Assembly: GCF_006345805.1 (NCBI RefSeq)
Contig: NC_042998.1
Coordinates: 96,534,001-96,598,000, forward strand
DNA: 64,000 bases
Direction of reading: 5' to 3'
Source: Octopus sinensis
Taxonomy: Eukaryota
The notes below the pieces were generated by a model. The model did no database searches, was not told the DNA's origin, and saw only the letters and a program-made list of their open reading frames with translations. Below, piece after piece: positions 12,833 to 24,435 of the stretch; position 1 is the first letter of the stretch, and every line of letters begins with the position of its first letter. The position numbers were made by a program, and so were the translations under genes.

Positions 12833-13939
12833 GCTATGCTTATAATGGTATTGCCATCTTTCTAGCTGGAATATAATTATTATAAATGCCAGCGTTCCGT
12901 AGGCAAGAAATCAGAGATAATCTTGACCGACACACTGTGAATGATTCTTGACCGCGGCAACGAGGCAGACAACTATAGCAGGTAGAACTGGCTTTTCTTT
13001 CAGAAAGCTCAGAACTGGGAGAAAAGCAAAATTAACTGAGGTGGATGTCAACAGAGAAAATATTGACTTCTATAAAGTGGAAAAAATAAACGAAAGGAAA
13101 AAGTTGGTAAATATTTCGGTATGAGCGCAAATAGCTGTTACATGGTAGCAGGGATGCAAGAAATAGCAAGCAAATCTTTCCTTTTCTGGAAAAAATAGCT
13201 GTTTACGCGTGATTTCGATGTCATATGCAAAATAACCTGGAAAAGAAAAAAAGACCCGCGAAATAAAACTCCCTTGGTGGGAAACTTCGAGGTCTCCACC
13301 ACCCCTCCTACCGGCAAAAAGTGGTTTGCAGCGGCTTTGGCGGTCGTGTTATGTTTGTGTGCAACAAACAGCACATGAAAGCATCTTTAGTGTTCATATT
13401 AATCTGTCAAATGCAATGCTTATTTGTTCACGTTATTTTGAATTATTCCGGTTCAAGAGAGGTGTCCACAATATTTGCTTGTAACTTTATAAATTTTTTA
13501 CATACAGATTTGAAACTTTGTTAGTGAGTGCTTTATATGTACGTGTGTTATTACTTTGATATCATCGTTCCATAAAATTTGTCCATATGGAGAAAAATAT
13601 TGAAAACATCAACAGATGTGTGAGTGAGAAAGAAGCAAAGAGGGAAGTTTTGGGATTTGGTTGAAACAACTGCCAGATATCCCTTAAATCATACATTTTC
13701 CTCTAAAATTATTAACAATTTAAAAAAAAAACAAAAACGTTTCTCTCATGGGTTGTGTAGTGAAAATAAAATGGCCAAAATCGTTTCGGACTGGGTGGTG
13801 AGGGGTGGCGGGAGTGAAGAAATTTTTCAATGTTTTTTTTCTCTTTTATTTTTCGAGAAAATATGCTTCCCAACATTCTGAAGACTTGGCAAAAATCACT
13901 GGAAAAAATCCCAGTTAGAACGGAGAAATTCCAACTTGT

Positions 13940-14260
13940 GTGGACCGTCTGATCCGAAACCGTTTTCCAGAAACTCCTTCCCCCTGCCCCCTTCTAAAAG
14001 TTTTGCCTACACATTTCTTTGTAATCGTAATCATTTGAAAGGAATTTTTATAACATTTCATTAAAAAATACCTATTTTCCAGAAAGTTATGAGGGGGAAC
14101 ATGTTGAGTCCTGTGAATTTTCAGAAACTCCTCTCCCAAACCCTACGAAAAATTATCTTCCCACAAATAGTTACATATACTCAATCTACAGGGTATGGGG
14201 AAAGTTTTGTTAAAAATTATCCATTTTTCTGGAAGCTATGAGGCGATGAAGTCGGTGGGG
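13940..14260 (+). repeat. Degenerate ~150-bp tandem repeat, unclassified element interior
   Basis: TTAAAAAATACCTATTTTCCAGAAAGTTATGAGG (~14060) vs TTAAAAATTATCCATTTTTCTGGAAGCTATGAGG (~14210). TTTTCCAGAAACTCCT (~13962) vs TTTTCAGAAACTCCT (~14118). Confidence 0.4.
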
Positions 14261-16249
14261 TATTAAACTGTAGGTACGCCTTTTTTCAATTAAAGTTAAC
14301 GTTAACGGATTAAAGTTAACTTATGTTACATTTTCAAAGAAATTAATGACTTAACGATTAATGGAGTTAACTTTTTGGTTAACGGATTAATGATTAACGA
14401 CGTTAACTTTTCGTTTAATATATATATATATATACACACATTCACACATGGAAAGGTGAGGTACTTAAGAAACGATTATTTATTATCTATGATTATTTTA
14501 TGATATTTATCAGGCATATTCTATTATAATAAATTATAATAATGGCAAAATATAATTCGTTAAAGAGAAGGTAAAACAGAAACTAACAGTACATTAGAAA
14601 TTAATCAGATAGCTCATCACAAAATGTTACCTCCTGGTAAGTCAACCAATAAACTGTTAAAATGTCGACAGTAAAGTTATTTCATTCTCTGTTGCCTTTC
14701 TATTTCCTTGATCATGATGCAAGGCTACAGTTTATAAATAGATGGACGAATAAAGCAGCAGGCAATTTAACAACATGGCGTCTTGAATTATGAGCAAGTT
14801 GGCCAGCAGCTATCATTACATCAGCAGTAAAACAGGGCATTGTTCATAATAAAATTTAAATTTAAAAAATATATGTGTATGAATGAAGCATACAACAAAA
14901 TCTCGATATAATAAAACAGAAACATCCTGATATAATGATTTCAATGGAAAAACTGTAAGGGAAATAGAATATAATTATTATATTCAGCATCTAATATCTC
15001 CACCCGGAAAGATAAGAATTAAAGCACATCAACTGTTAAATTTATTGCCCTAAATACAAAATTAGATTCAATAAAGGTTTATTCAACGTAGATAATTTAC
15101 GAAGAATGTGCATGTTAAATTTCCAAAGCTGATATATATTTTTGTGTATTTTTAGTTCGAGCCTTGACATTTTATACATTTATTAAGTCCATGAAAACAT
15201 TTACCAAAAATAACCTACAAGCACTTTTTGTACTGCATTTCTATCGTTTTTCATTTATTACAACTTTTCGGCGATAAAATATGTTAAAATAAAACAGAGT
15301 GAAATTGTTACAACCGTTAAACTATATTATGATAAAAGGCATTCCAGCAGTGTCTATCTTCCCTTTTTGTAGACATAGTGTATTTTGGATACATTAACCA
15401 ATAAGATAAAATTTAAAAGTGATGTATGAGAATGGCAGTATGGATAGTTTGTCATGAGTCTGTAGGTAGCTGTCTAGAATCGAACTTCAGAAGAATAGTT
15501 GAACAGTGATTTTCGATCTACAGAGAAAAGCAAGGAGCACTTTATCTTGGATATATATGAGACATGTGAAAGAAAGTCCGAAGCTGAAAACGCAAAACAA
15601 ATGCTCAGTAAATAGCAAAACAAAACAGCCAGTGCATGGTAGGAGTGATTGCGGATGGATGTTCTTTGCTTGGTCTAGTGACTGCATGAATAATAAAAAC
15701 AAGTACTAAGTGTATCGTGAAGAAAATCAAAAGACCTTGGATATTTTTTATATCATCAATGTTTCTTGCCATTGTTAGAAGTTGCGATGTTGTCTTAAGG
15801 TTCAAAAATCGTTACGATTTTCGGTTGACTGCTGATGAAGGGAAATGTCCCTCAATGAAAACTGTATGTAGAATGATATAATATACATTCAAGGCAGTGC
15901 CTGAACATGGCTGCAGTCACTGACTAAAACAAGACAAAAGATAAAAGGAAGATTCCAGGTTACGGAAAGAATTAAATCTAACCTGTACGAGCCAATGAAG
16001 AACCCTGTACGCGGTTGTTGGGTCTGTTAAAAATAGTGCCAAATTCTTTGTCAAATCACACGCTACTATCATAAATGAGGAAGGACACATGTGATAACTT
16101 GGTTGTACACTGACTAATAAAAACACAGGATAGCCATGGCTTGAACCTCTTTGATTATAGTTCGGTTGAATTAGAACTCATGCCTTAACAGCAACACCAA
16201 AAATAATTGATGTATTTAGCAGAAAAACGAAGCAAGCAGTTGCAGCAGC

Positions 16250-16256
16250 AGCAGTT

Positions 16257-16308
<52 letters not shown>

Positions 16309-16353
16309 CGAAGGTGGTGGTGGTATTTGTTGCTGTTGTTATTGCAGTAGTAA

Positions 16354-16392
<39 letters not shown>

Positions 16393-16561
16393 CGAAGGTG
16401 GTGGTGGTATTTGTTGCTGTTGTTATTGCAGTAGTAATAGTAGTAGTAGTAGTAGTGGCGAAGGTGGTGGTGGTATTTGTTGCTGTTGTTATTGCAGTAG
16501 TAGTAGTAGTAGTAGTAATAGTAGTAGTAGTAGTAGTAGTACTAGTAGTAGTAGTACCAGC

Positions 16562-16592
<31 letters not shown>

Positions 16593-16610
16593 CCAGCAGC
16601 AGCAGCTCAG
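16250..16610 (+). repeat. (GTA)n microsatellite with three higher-order units
   Basis: GTGGCGAAGGTGGTGGTGGTATTTGTTGCTGTTGTTATTGCA recurs at 16305, 16389 and 16455. Confidence 0.9.
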
Positions 16611-16719
16611 AATTGCAGGTGGTTATTCAAATTTCTGGACAAAGATTGCATTGGGGCTACAACTTTTATATTCATCCTTACCGGACGTTGGTAAAATACA
16701 CAAAACCTGGAATACTCAC

Positions 16720-16779
16720 CATTCGATTCGACCTCCGCTGTACCTCCATCCGTTACCAAAAATTGGCCCCGTGCCTATT
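16720..16779 (-). CDS. Candidate 60-nt internal coding exon of an unidentified gene
   Basis: Acceptor TGTTTTCTTTAG and donor ATG|GTGAGT. Only one frame is open, reading (x)IGTGPIFGNGWRYSGGRIE, and the length is frame-preserving. Confidence 0.35.
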
Positions 16780-17102
16780 CTAAAGAAAACATCATTTTAT
16801 CTCTTTTGCAATACATTCTATTTCCTTTATGTCTTAAACATGGATTATTAAACAGGATGAAACACCAGAATCTTTCATATCAACCGCGATATATGCAATA
16901 GATTTACTCCACACTATAAAAATTAAATATTAAAACATATTGTTGTTTGCCTTTGGATGTGTGTATTTGTATGTCACCAAAATATTTGCTTTGTTTTAAG
17001 CACATCACGTGCAAGCTACAGTCGAGCTTCATTATTTAAATATGTATGCGTACTTACTTGCAATATGTGTGTGTATGTACATACATACATACATACATAC
17101 AT

Positions 17103-17151
<49 letters not shown>

Positions 17152-17261
17152 CATACATACATATACATATACGCACACAACTACACATATACATACTGAA
17201 AATAAATAGATAGATAGACAGACAGACACACAGACAAGTAGGTAGGTAGGTAAGTAAGTAA

Positions 17262-17318
<57 letters not shown>

Positions 17319-17409
17319 ATTATACAGTCATATTTAAAATGTTCGTGCAGATCTGGACAAAGAAAGACAATAAGCTGCATAGGTTGTTTCGAGAGAAGAA
17401 ACTCTCCTT

Positions 17410-18165
17410 TCCTTATAAATAATGTGCGAATGTAGGTGTGAACACACCACTACGCCATGAATGACATTACTGGGCTGTAGGGCGCATGCGTTTCTGCGCC
17501 ATTGCGCTTCATTAGCTGCGCATACAGAGCCGTCGTTCATGGCCACTAAAAGCTGGTTGCTCTTATTTTAGAATAAGAAATGATGCATTGGCTGATGTAC
17601 GAAAAGCTTTGCAAAGCTGGAAATATATTTGAACTTCAATAAACCATATGCTCTACAAAATATATTGAGCACTTCTCTTTCAGTCGTTCAACAATCCAAA
17701 GTTCACACACACACACACACATATTGACAGGCACAGAAGGACAGAGAGAGGGGGGATAGAAACAGATAAACAAAGAGAGGAAAAGAGTAAGAGTGAGTGA
17801 GAAGGGAAAGAATCCAAAAATCATAAGGTATACCTAAAAGGTTATAAATCGATGTGCCTAAAGGTATTCAAAAGTGGTTTAGGTATGTATGTGTGTATGT
17901 GTGTGTGTATGTGTGTGTGTGTGTGTTTGTTTGTTTGTCTGTCTGTCTGGCTTACGGTCTGTCTGACTGTCTTTCTGTGTATATGTGTATCTATGAATGA
18001 ATGAATGTATGTATGCACGTATATGTGTATGTCTTTACCAATTCTAATTCTCTTAATCCCTATATCTACTTAAATCTTATCTTCCTGCCTCTGTTTTACT
18101 TCCGCTTACTCATCGACATATTTTTTTATGCATATAAAACATTTCAAATAACCGGAAGTGATCAT
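17410..18165. promoter_or_regulatory. Possible promoter/enhancer motif cluster
   Basis: TATAAATA (17414), GCGCATGCG NRF1-like (17482), ATTGG/CCAAT (17587) and ACCGGAAGTG ETS-like (18151) in locally CpG-richer unique sequence. Confidence 0.2.
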
Positions 18166-18409
18166 GGTTTACAATGCCGGAAATTAAGTCTGACTCAATA
18201 CGGAACATTTTTAGCTTTATTTTTTTCTTTTAAATGACCATTTCATACCTAAGTATTCTGTTTATAGTAAGTTAATCAAACCGTGAAAACTAAACAGGAA
18301 TCAATTCAAATATTTTTGCTACTTCTAGTATTCCTTGTTTTAAATTACTCTGGTCTTATAAATCAACATAGAATTCATTGGCAGCGAGCATAAGAATTTT
18401 ATTTCATTA

Positions 18410-18899
18410 TAGTAATCACTCGCCATATCGCGGTTCACCTATCTCGCTCTCAGTACATCGCGGATTTGTTTGGCTAATATATGTAAATTTATATCGCTGA
18501 CTTCTCGGTATATCGTAGGTTCCTGCGGCCGACTGGTAATATTTTTTTAGAATTTCTTCATTTCTGTGGCAAAATAAGCATTTTCACGCCTAAAAATTAA
18601 CAAATTAATAAATAAAAATTCAGTACAGTACTGCACTGTATAATAATTAAACAAAATATATAAAAAGAAAATACGTAGTGCGCCGTAGATGAGTAAACAA
18701 AGAATCGCACATACTGTACGGATAACGAAACTTGGGAGGTGAGTGTGGTGTTGTTTTGCATTCATAATAAAATAAATATTTACAAATTATAAAAATAATT
18801 AAAAAAAATATACAGTACAGTACTGTTTCTACTTCGCAGATTTTCACCTATCGCGGGGGTTTGGGGGACGTAACACCCGCGATAGTCGAGGGTTTACTG
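18410..18899. mobile_element. pogo/Tigger-like MITE
   Basis: Imperfect TIRs (T)AGTAATCACTCGCCATATCGCGG / CCCGCGATAGTCGAGGGTTTACTG, flanked by TA on both sides. Confidence 0.8.
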
Positions 18900-19377
18900 T
18901 ATATGTTATTCTGCATAAAATTAAAAACAATTTTTCCCGCATACCCTTAGACAAACTGATTGATTATGATTTGGGGGTTGTATTAAGTTCTCCTTGTGTG
19001 TTTTTTTTTATGTGGTTGCGGGTGGGGGGATGGTAACAGATACACTGTTATAGTACTTTTTGTACGGAATTGTGTCTAAATTTAAATAACTGAATAACAA
19101 CAATACTAAAAACAACAACAATACTACTATAACCACCACTTCTACTATTTCTACAACAGCTACTACTATTAAATCTTTCTACTAAAGGCACAAACCCAAA
19201 AACTGGAGGTGGGGCAGGGAAAGTTGATTACAGTGACCCCAATTACTCGACTGTTATTTATTTTATCGAAAGGATGAGACGCGAATTTGAACTCAGAACG
19301 TAAAGTCCGATTAAATGTCGCTAATCATTCTAGCCGACGTGCTAACAATTCTGTCGGCTCGCCACCTTACAACTACC

Positions 19378-19914
19378 GGAAATTATGGCCTGCGAAGAAC
19401 AAAGACGTGGTATTACAAAATGTCAGAAGGAGTCATTGAGAATGAAAATTGCAAAATCGTGTGGGATGCCATGATTCAGTGTGACCATCAAATCAAACAT
19501 CGGAAACATGACATTGTTGTGATGAACAAAATAGAAAACAATATGCACTATAGTCGACGTAATATGTCCAGGTAACAACAGGATCAAAGAGAAAGAAAAA
19601 GAAGAAGCGAATAACTGATGAATTGAAATGGGAAATACGCAAGTTGTGGACAAATGAAGAGTGTTGACGTGATACTAATAGCAATTGGCACGCTTGGAAG
19701 TATCAGTTTCGGCACTCAACTACCAACATGGATCAAAAAGATTGGCACAAATTTAAAGGTAGAACACCTACAAAAATCAGGATTCCTTGGAACTGCAAGA
19801 ATTCTTCGCAGGATTCTTGAAGCATGACCAGTAAACTAGAGTCACCTTAGTCTGCTGGCTGTGGACTGTTGACACTTTTCCTCATACCCACCAAAAAAAC
19901 CTGAGTTTTCATCA

Positions 19915-19916
<2 letters not shown>
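19378..19916 (+). mobile_element. Dong/R4-type RLE non-LTR retrotransposon 3' fragment
   Basis: ENENCKIVWDAMIQCDHQIKHRKHDIVV..., LKWEIRKLW, IAIGTLG, GFLGTARILRRILEA*. Short 3' UTR followed by (AAT)n. Confidence 0.85.
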
Positions 19917-19943
<27 letters not shown>

Positions 19944-19945
<2 letters not shown>

Positions 19946-20342
19946 TTGTTTGACCGTAACCTTAGTGGCTGACGATATGTGCATCTTTGATCACGGGCAG
20001 AAGTAGTGGGGGAGCATCATAGCCATGTGTTGAGAGGGATTCTTTGGGGTTTGAATAATTCACCTCTGGAGACATGGGTGTTTTTTTCAACATCCTTAAA
20101 CAACCCTTATTCAGGGACCGTTTGAGCGGGATGGGCTACTCAACCTGAAGAAAATTCTAACTGGGCCCCACCTGCAAGGTCATGTGCAGTTTATCTTGAT
20201 ATGAGATCACCATGTCGCGCACATATGGTTGTGATGCATGTGCCTGGTGTGCCCTTATCAGACGGGTAGTCATGATGGGTATATTGGGCTTCGTATATTT
20301 TACCACAGTGTCACTTTGATGGCATGAACTGCTCTCTCACTC

Positions 20343-20343
<1 letters not shown>
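19944..20343 (+). mobile_element. Non-coding interspersed repeat ending in (AAT)n, unclassified
   Basis: GC-richer 400-bp block bounded by (AAT)n on both sides, with no ORF. Confidence 0.6.
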
Positions 20344-20380
<37 letters not shown>

Positions 20381-20729
20381 GAAGAAGAAGAAGAAGAAGA
20401 AGAATAGTTATAATAATAATCATCCTTTCTACTATAGGCACAAGGCCTGAAATTTTGGGGAGGGGACCAATGGATTACATCGACCAAAGTATTTCACTGG
20501 TACTTAATTTATCGACCCCGAAATGACGAAAGCAAAGTCGACCTCGGCGGAATAATAATAAAAACAACAACATCGACAACAACAACAACAACAATAATAA
20601 TGATAATAATTATAATAATAATAATTAAACAAAATATATAAAATATATAAAATATATAAAAAGAAAATACCTAGTGTGAGTAAACAAAGAATCGCACATA
20701 CTGTATGGATAACGAAACTTGGGAGTCAA

Positions 20730-20755
20730 CAACAACAATAATAATAATAATAATA

Positions 20756-20794
<39 letters not shown>

Positions 20795-20803
20795 TTTAAT
20801 AAA

Positions 20804-20842
<39 letters not shown>

Positions 20843-20959
20843 TATAATAAAAATAATAATAATATAATAATAATAATAATAATAAAAATAATAATAATAA
20901 TAATATAATAATAATAATAATAATAAAAATAATATTATAATAATAATAATAATATAATA

Positions 20960-21002
<43 letters not shown>
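20730..21002 (+). repeat. (AAT)n microsatellite
   Basis: Directly visible. Confidence 0.95.
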
Positions 21003-21006
<4 letters not shown>

Positions 21007-21701
21007 CGATCAATTCTTTGGCCATCCCAGTAACCACATATAGCTTCGGTATCATTAAATGGAGTCTCACTGATATGCAGAATATGGCTGGAAAGATCCG
21101 TAAAATCCTTACAAGGTACCGAATGCACCATCCAAAATCAGATGTAGACAGGATTTATCTCCCAAGAAAAATAGGTGGAGAAGGTCTGATACAGTTCGAA
21201 CAATCCTTCAAATCAGCTTTGAAACGTTCCTTAATGCAACAAGTAATGTGCTCTTACGAACTGCACTGAAGCATGAAGATTCCAAGCAACCTTCAGCTTA
21301 ATCAGAAATTTAAAATGTCTCTTGACCTACAAGTTAACAATAAGAATGACCAAAGACACCCAAATACTGACAGACCTACCATTGCTTCTCCGGATTTAGA
21401 AATTAACATTCAGAAAAACCAATGTGATCCAATTAGTGACAAACCTATCACTGATGAAAAAAAAATCAAACAAAAAGCAAAGAAGGCTTGCATGAATAAT
21501 ATCGAAGACAGCTGGAAAGGCAAGCTTCTGCGTGGAAAAAATCCTAACCAACTGTCCAAGCCAGATATTGACCAAAACATAACACACTAATGGCCACAAG
21601 GGACAGATCTGAAAAGGGTAACAGAAGGTTTTGTTATTGCAGCGCAAGATCAGAGTTCACCTACCAGAAACTACCGTGCAAACGTTCTTAAAGATGGATC
21701 T
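21003..21701 (+). mobile_element. Dong/R4-type retrotransposon internal fragment (RT thumb to pre-zinc knuckle)
   Basis: NAINSLAIPVTTYSFGIIKW...RMHHPKSDVDRIYLPRKIGGEGL...TEGFVIAAQDQSSPTRNYRANVLK. The 5' end abuts (AAT)n. Confidence 0.85.
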
Positions 21702-22000
21702 TACACAGCTCCTTCAGTCCGACTAGGTCCACTTCCCTTTTCTTCACCTTTGCAGCCTCAGCAAAACTCTTTACTCTTTCCAAATGCTCGTCCATTCTGT
21801 TTACCGCCTTAATGCGCTCCTCCTCTGCTGAGGACAGTTCATACTCGCTAAGGTCCGAACATATCCCTTTCCACCGGTACAACACTCACCGACAAACCGC
21901 TGCCAAGCAGCTCAAAAATTTCCGTCCGTCTCGTCAAAAAAAAAAAAAAACAGCGAATAGATCGACGCATGCGCGGAAGCAAACTTCTTGCCACACAGCC
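21702..22000 (-). mobile_element. Possible Tx1/L1-like LINE 5' UTR and ORF1 start
   Basis: GC-rich leader then ...SDLSEYELSSAEEERIKAVNRMDEHLERVKSFAEAAK.... Sharply truncates the Dong copy. The family assignment is from recall only. Confidence 0.35.
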
Positions 22001-22631
22001 ATGCCTGAACATACATTTTTCACTTCGAGATTCTACTTCAACATCTTCGATATTCTGCTTCAATATTCTCTAACCCTGAGATTGGTAATATTTATCTGAT
22101 TCGCTCAGACCATTTAAGGATCACATAAGCGTATTTTTTAAATTAACGAATTCCAAATTTGGCGACTAAATTGAGCAGCAATCTTATTTGGAATCACATA
22201 TTACGAGAATTAAATATTTAACCTTTGATGCATAGATCTCATGTGCAACGAAACTAGTGAAACCTGAGATCCTTAACAGAGGTTTGCACTTTTGCGCAAT
22301 GTTTCATCAGCGAGAGTTAATGCGTCCTGGTAAATTATGCCTGAACTCTTGGAAAGAGTGCACTTTCGTCAATATCATTTTGAACGCAAAGGTGGCAAGC
22401 TGGCAGAATGGTTAGCACGCCAGGCAAAATGCTTGGCAGCATTTCGTCCGTCATTACGTTCTGTGTTCAAATTCCGCTAAAGTCGACGTTGCCTTTAATC
22501 CCTTCGTGGTCGATAAAATAAGTACCAGTTGAACACTGATGGTGGGGACGATGTAATCGACTTATTCCCTCACTCGAAATTGCTGGACTTTTGCCAAAAT
22601 TTGAAATCAATATTATTTTTAACGCAACTTA

Positions 22632-22818
22632 GCGTATTTGATTGCATATAAGACACATTTTTCCCCCAAAGAATTCTCAAAAATATCACCCCGAATCCCA
22701 TGTGTGAAGTTGGACCTCCCATAATGTTTAATGCACTAAAGATTCTTTTTTTCAATATGTGTTGATGAAATTGGGATGAGTCTACTATGACGTGTGTCTT
22801 AGATGCCATCAAATACAG
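22632..22818. mobile_element. pogo-like MITE
   Basis: TIRs GCGTATTTGATTGCATATAAGACAC / GTGTCTTAGATGCCATCAAATACAG with TA flanks. Same family as 56928-57070. Confidence 0.75.
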
Positions 22819-23465
22819 TACTTTAAGGCAAGCTACCGGCTACAAAATATCGTGAGATATAAATTTCAGTTAACATCCATCACACAGACCTTTTGACCTA
22901 AAGTTATCATCATATCAGAGGTCTTGAAAACAGAATATATTACTTCCCGTGATATTTATTTAAAGTTAACTCCCTGTCTAGCATCCTTGATTTAAGCTGC
23001 CACAACTGTAGGGGTACTGGAAACTAAAATGATTACATCCTGTCAGTCGAAAGCCTTAGAAAACCCCCATAAGACAAAAGTAATTCATAAAAAATATAAT
23101 TTTAGCTTTTATTATTATCATCCTTGATATCACAGTATAGAATTGGTGTTTCCATAATCAAATAAACAGCGATGTTATATTTAAGATATCTACAAAGAGA
23201 ATAAGATTTTATAAATTCTACTTCTTCCTAAATTCCTGCAACTATTATGATTACAAGATGGCATCATTTTTGGCAAGATATTTTCCAAGGGAGAAACTCG
23301 GCAGACGAGCTCCATATGTTCATATCTACATCTCTTGATGATGAGAGGAGAATAATGTTCCTCATTCTATTTGAACAAAATCTCGAAAATTATTGAAACC
23401 ACCTGGTTTCAGACGTTGAAATATTACGGCTTTGTGCCCCAAGTGTTACTGAATATAATTATATG

Positions 23466-23508
<43 letters not shown>

Positions 23509-23828
23509 TGTATGTATGTATGTGTGCATGTATGTATGTATTATGTATATATATATATATATATATCCATGTATATATGTTTGTGTATATAATAAACATA
23601 TATATATATATGCATATGTGTATATGTTTGTATTGAGAGTATTTGTGTTTGTGTGTGTTTTTGTGTGTATATGTGTGCGTGTGTGTGCGCGCATGTTTAT
23701 CGTGTCTGTGCATTTGCATCTATGTGCACAAAAGCATAATACACTCCAAAATACCATTGTCATAACGATGCTGAGAAGGCGAATCATAAACACAACCACC
23801 ACCACCATCACAACCACTACCATGATTG

Positions 23829-23867
<39 letters not shown>

Positions 23868-24077
23868 CCATGATCGTTTACTTCGTCATTATCTTTACCT
23901 AAGCGGAATATGTTGTTAGTTTTCTTAGAAAACATTTATATACTACACATTGCTCAGTAGCACCAGTGTTTGGTGACAAAACATCCGCCTATACAACTGA
24001 AACGATGTATATAATCATGATAAATTATATAATGAGATGTATACATACACCTTCCTCCCACTCCATATATACGTGTA

Positions 24078-24128
<51 letters not shown>

Positions 24129-24139
24129 TCGCACACATA

Positions 24140-24364
24140 TATCCTTTTACTCTTTTATTTGCTTCAATCATTTGAGTGCGGTCATGCTGGAGCACCACCT
24201 TTAGTCGGACAAATCGACCCAGGACTCATTCTGTGTAAGCCTAGTATTTGTTTTATCGGCCTCTTTCGCCGAACAGCTACGTTACGGGGGACGTAAGCAC
24301 ACCAGAATTGGTTGTCAAGCGATGGGGGTGGGGACAAACACAGACACATAAATATACACACAAA

Positions 24365-24435
<71 letters not shown>

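Noticed and set aside
15825-15920. CTGATGA-AGGGA[AATG]TCCCT hammerhead-like start
   Set aside because: No correctly placed GAAA/NUH and stem I could be assembled; at best a decayed copy.
16305-16500. CRISPR-like repeat-spacer appearance
   Set aside because: Spacers are GTA microsatellite in eukaryotic DNA and there are no cas genes.
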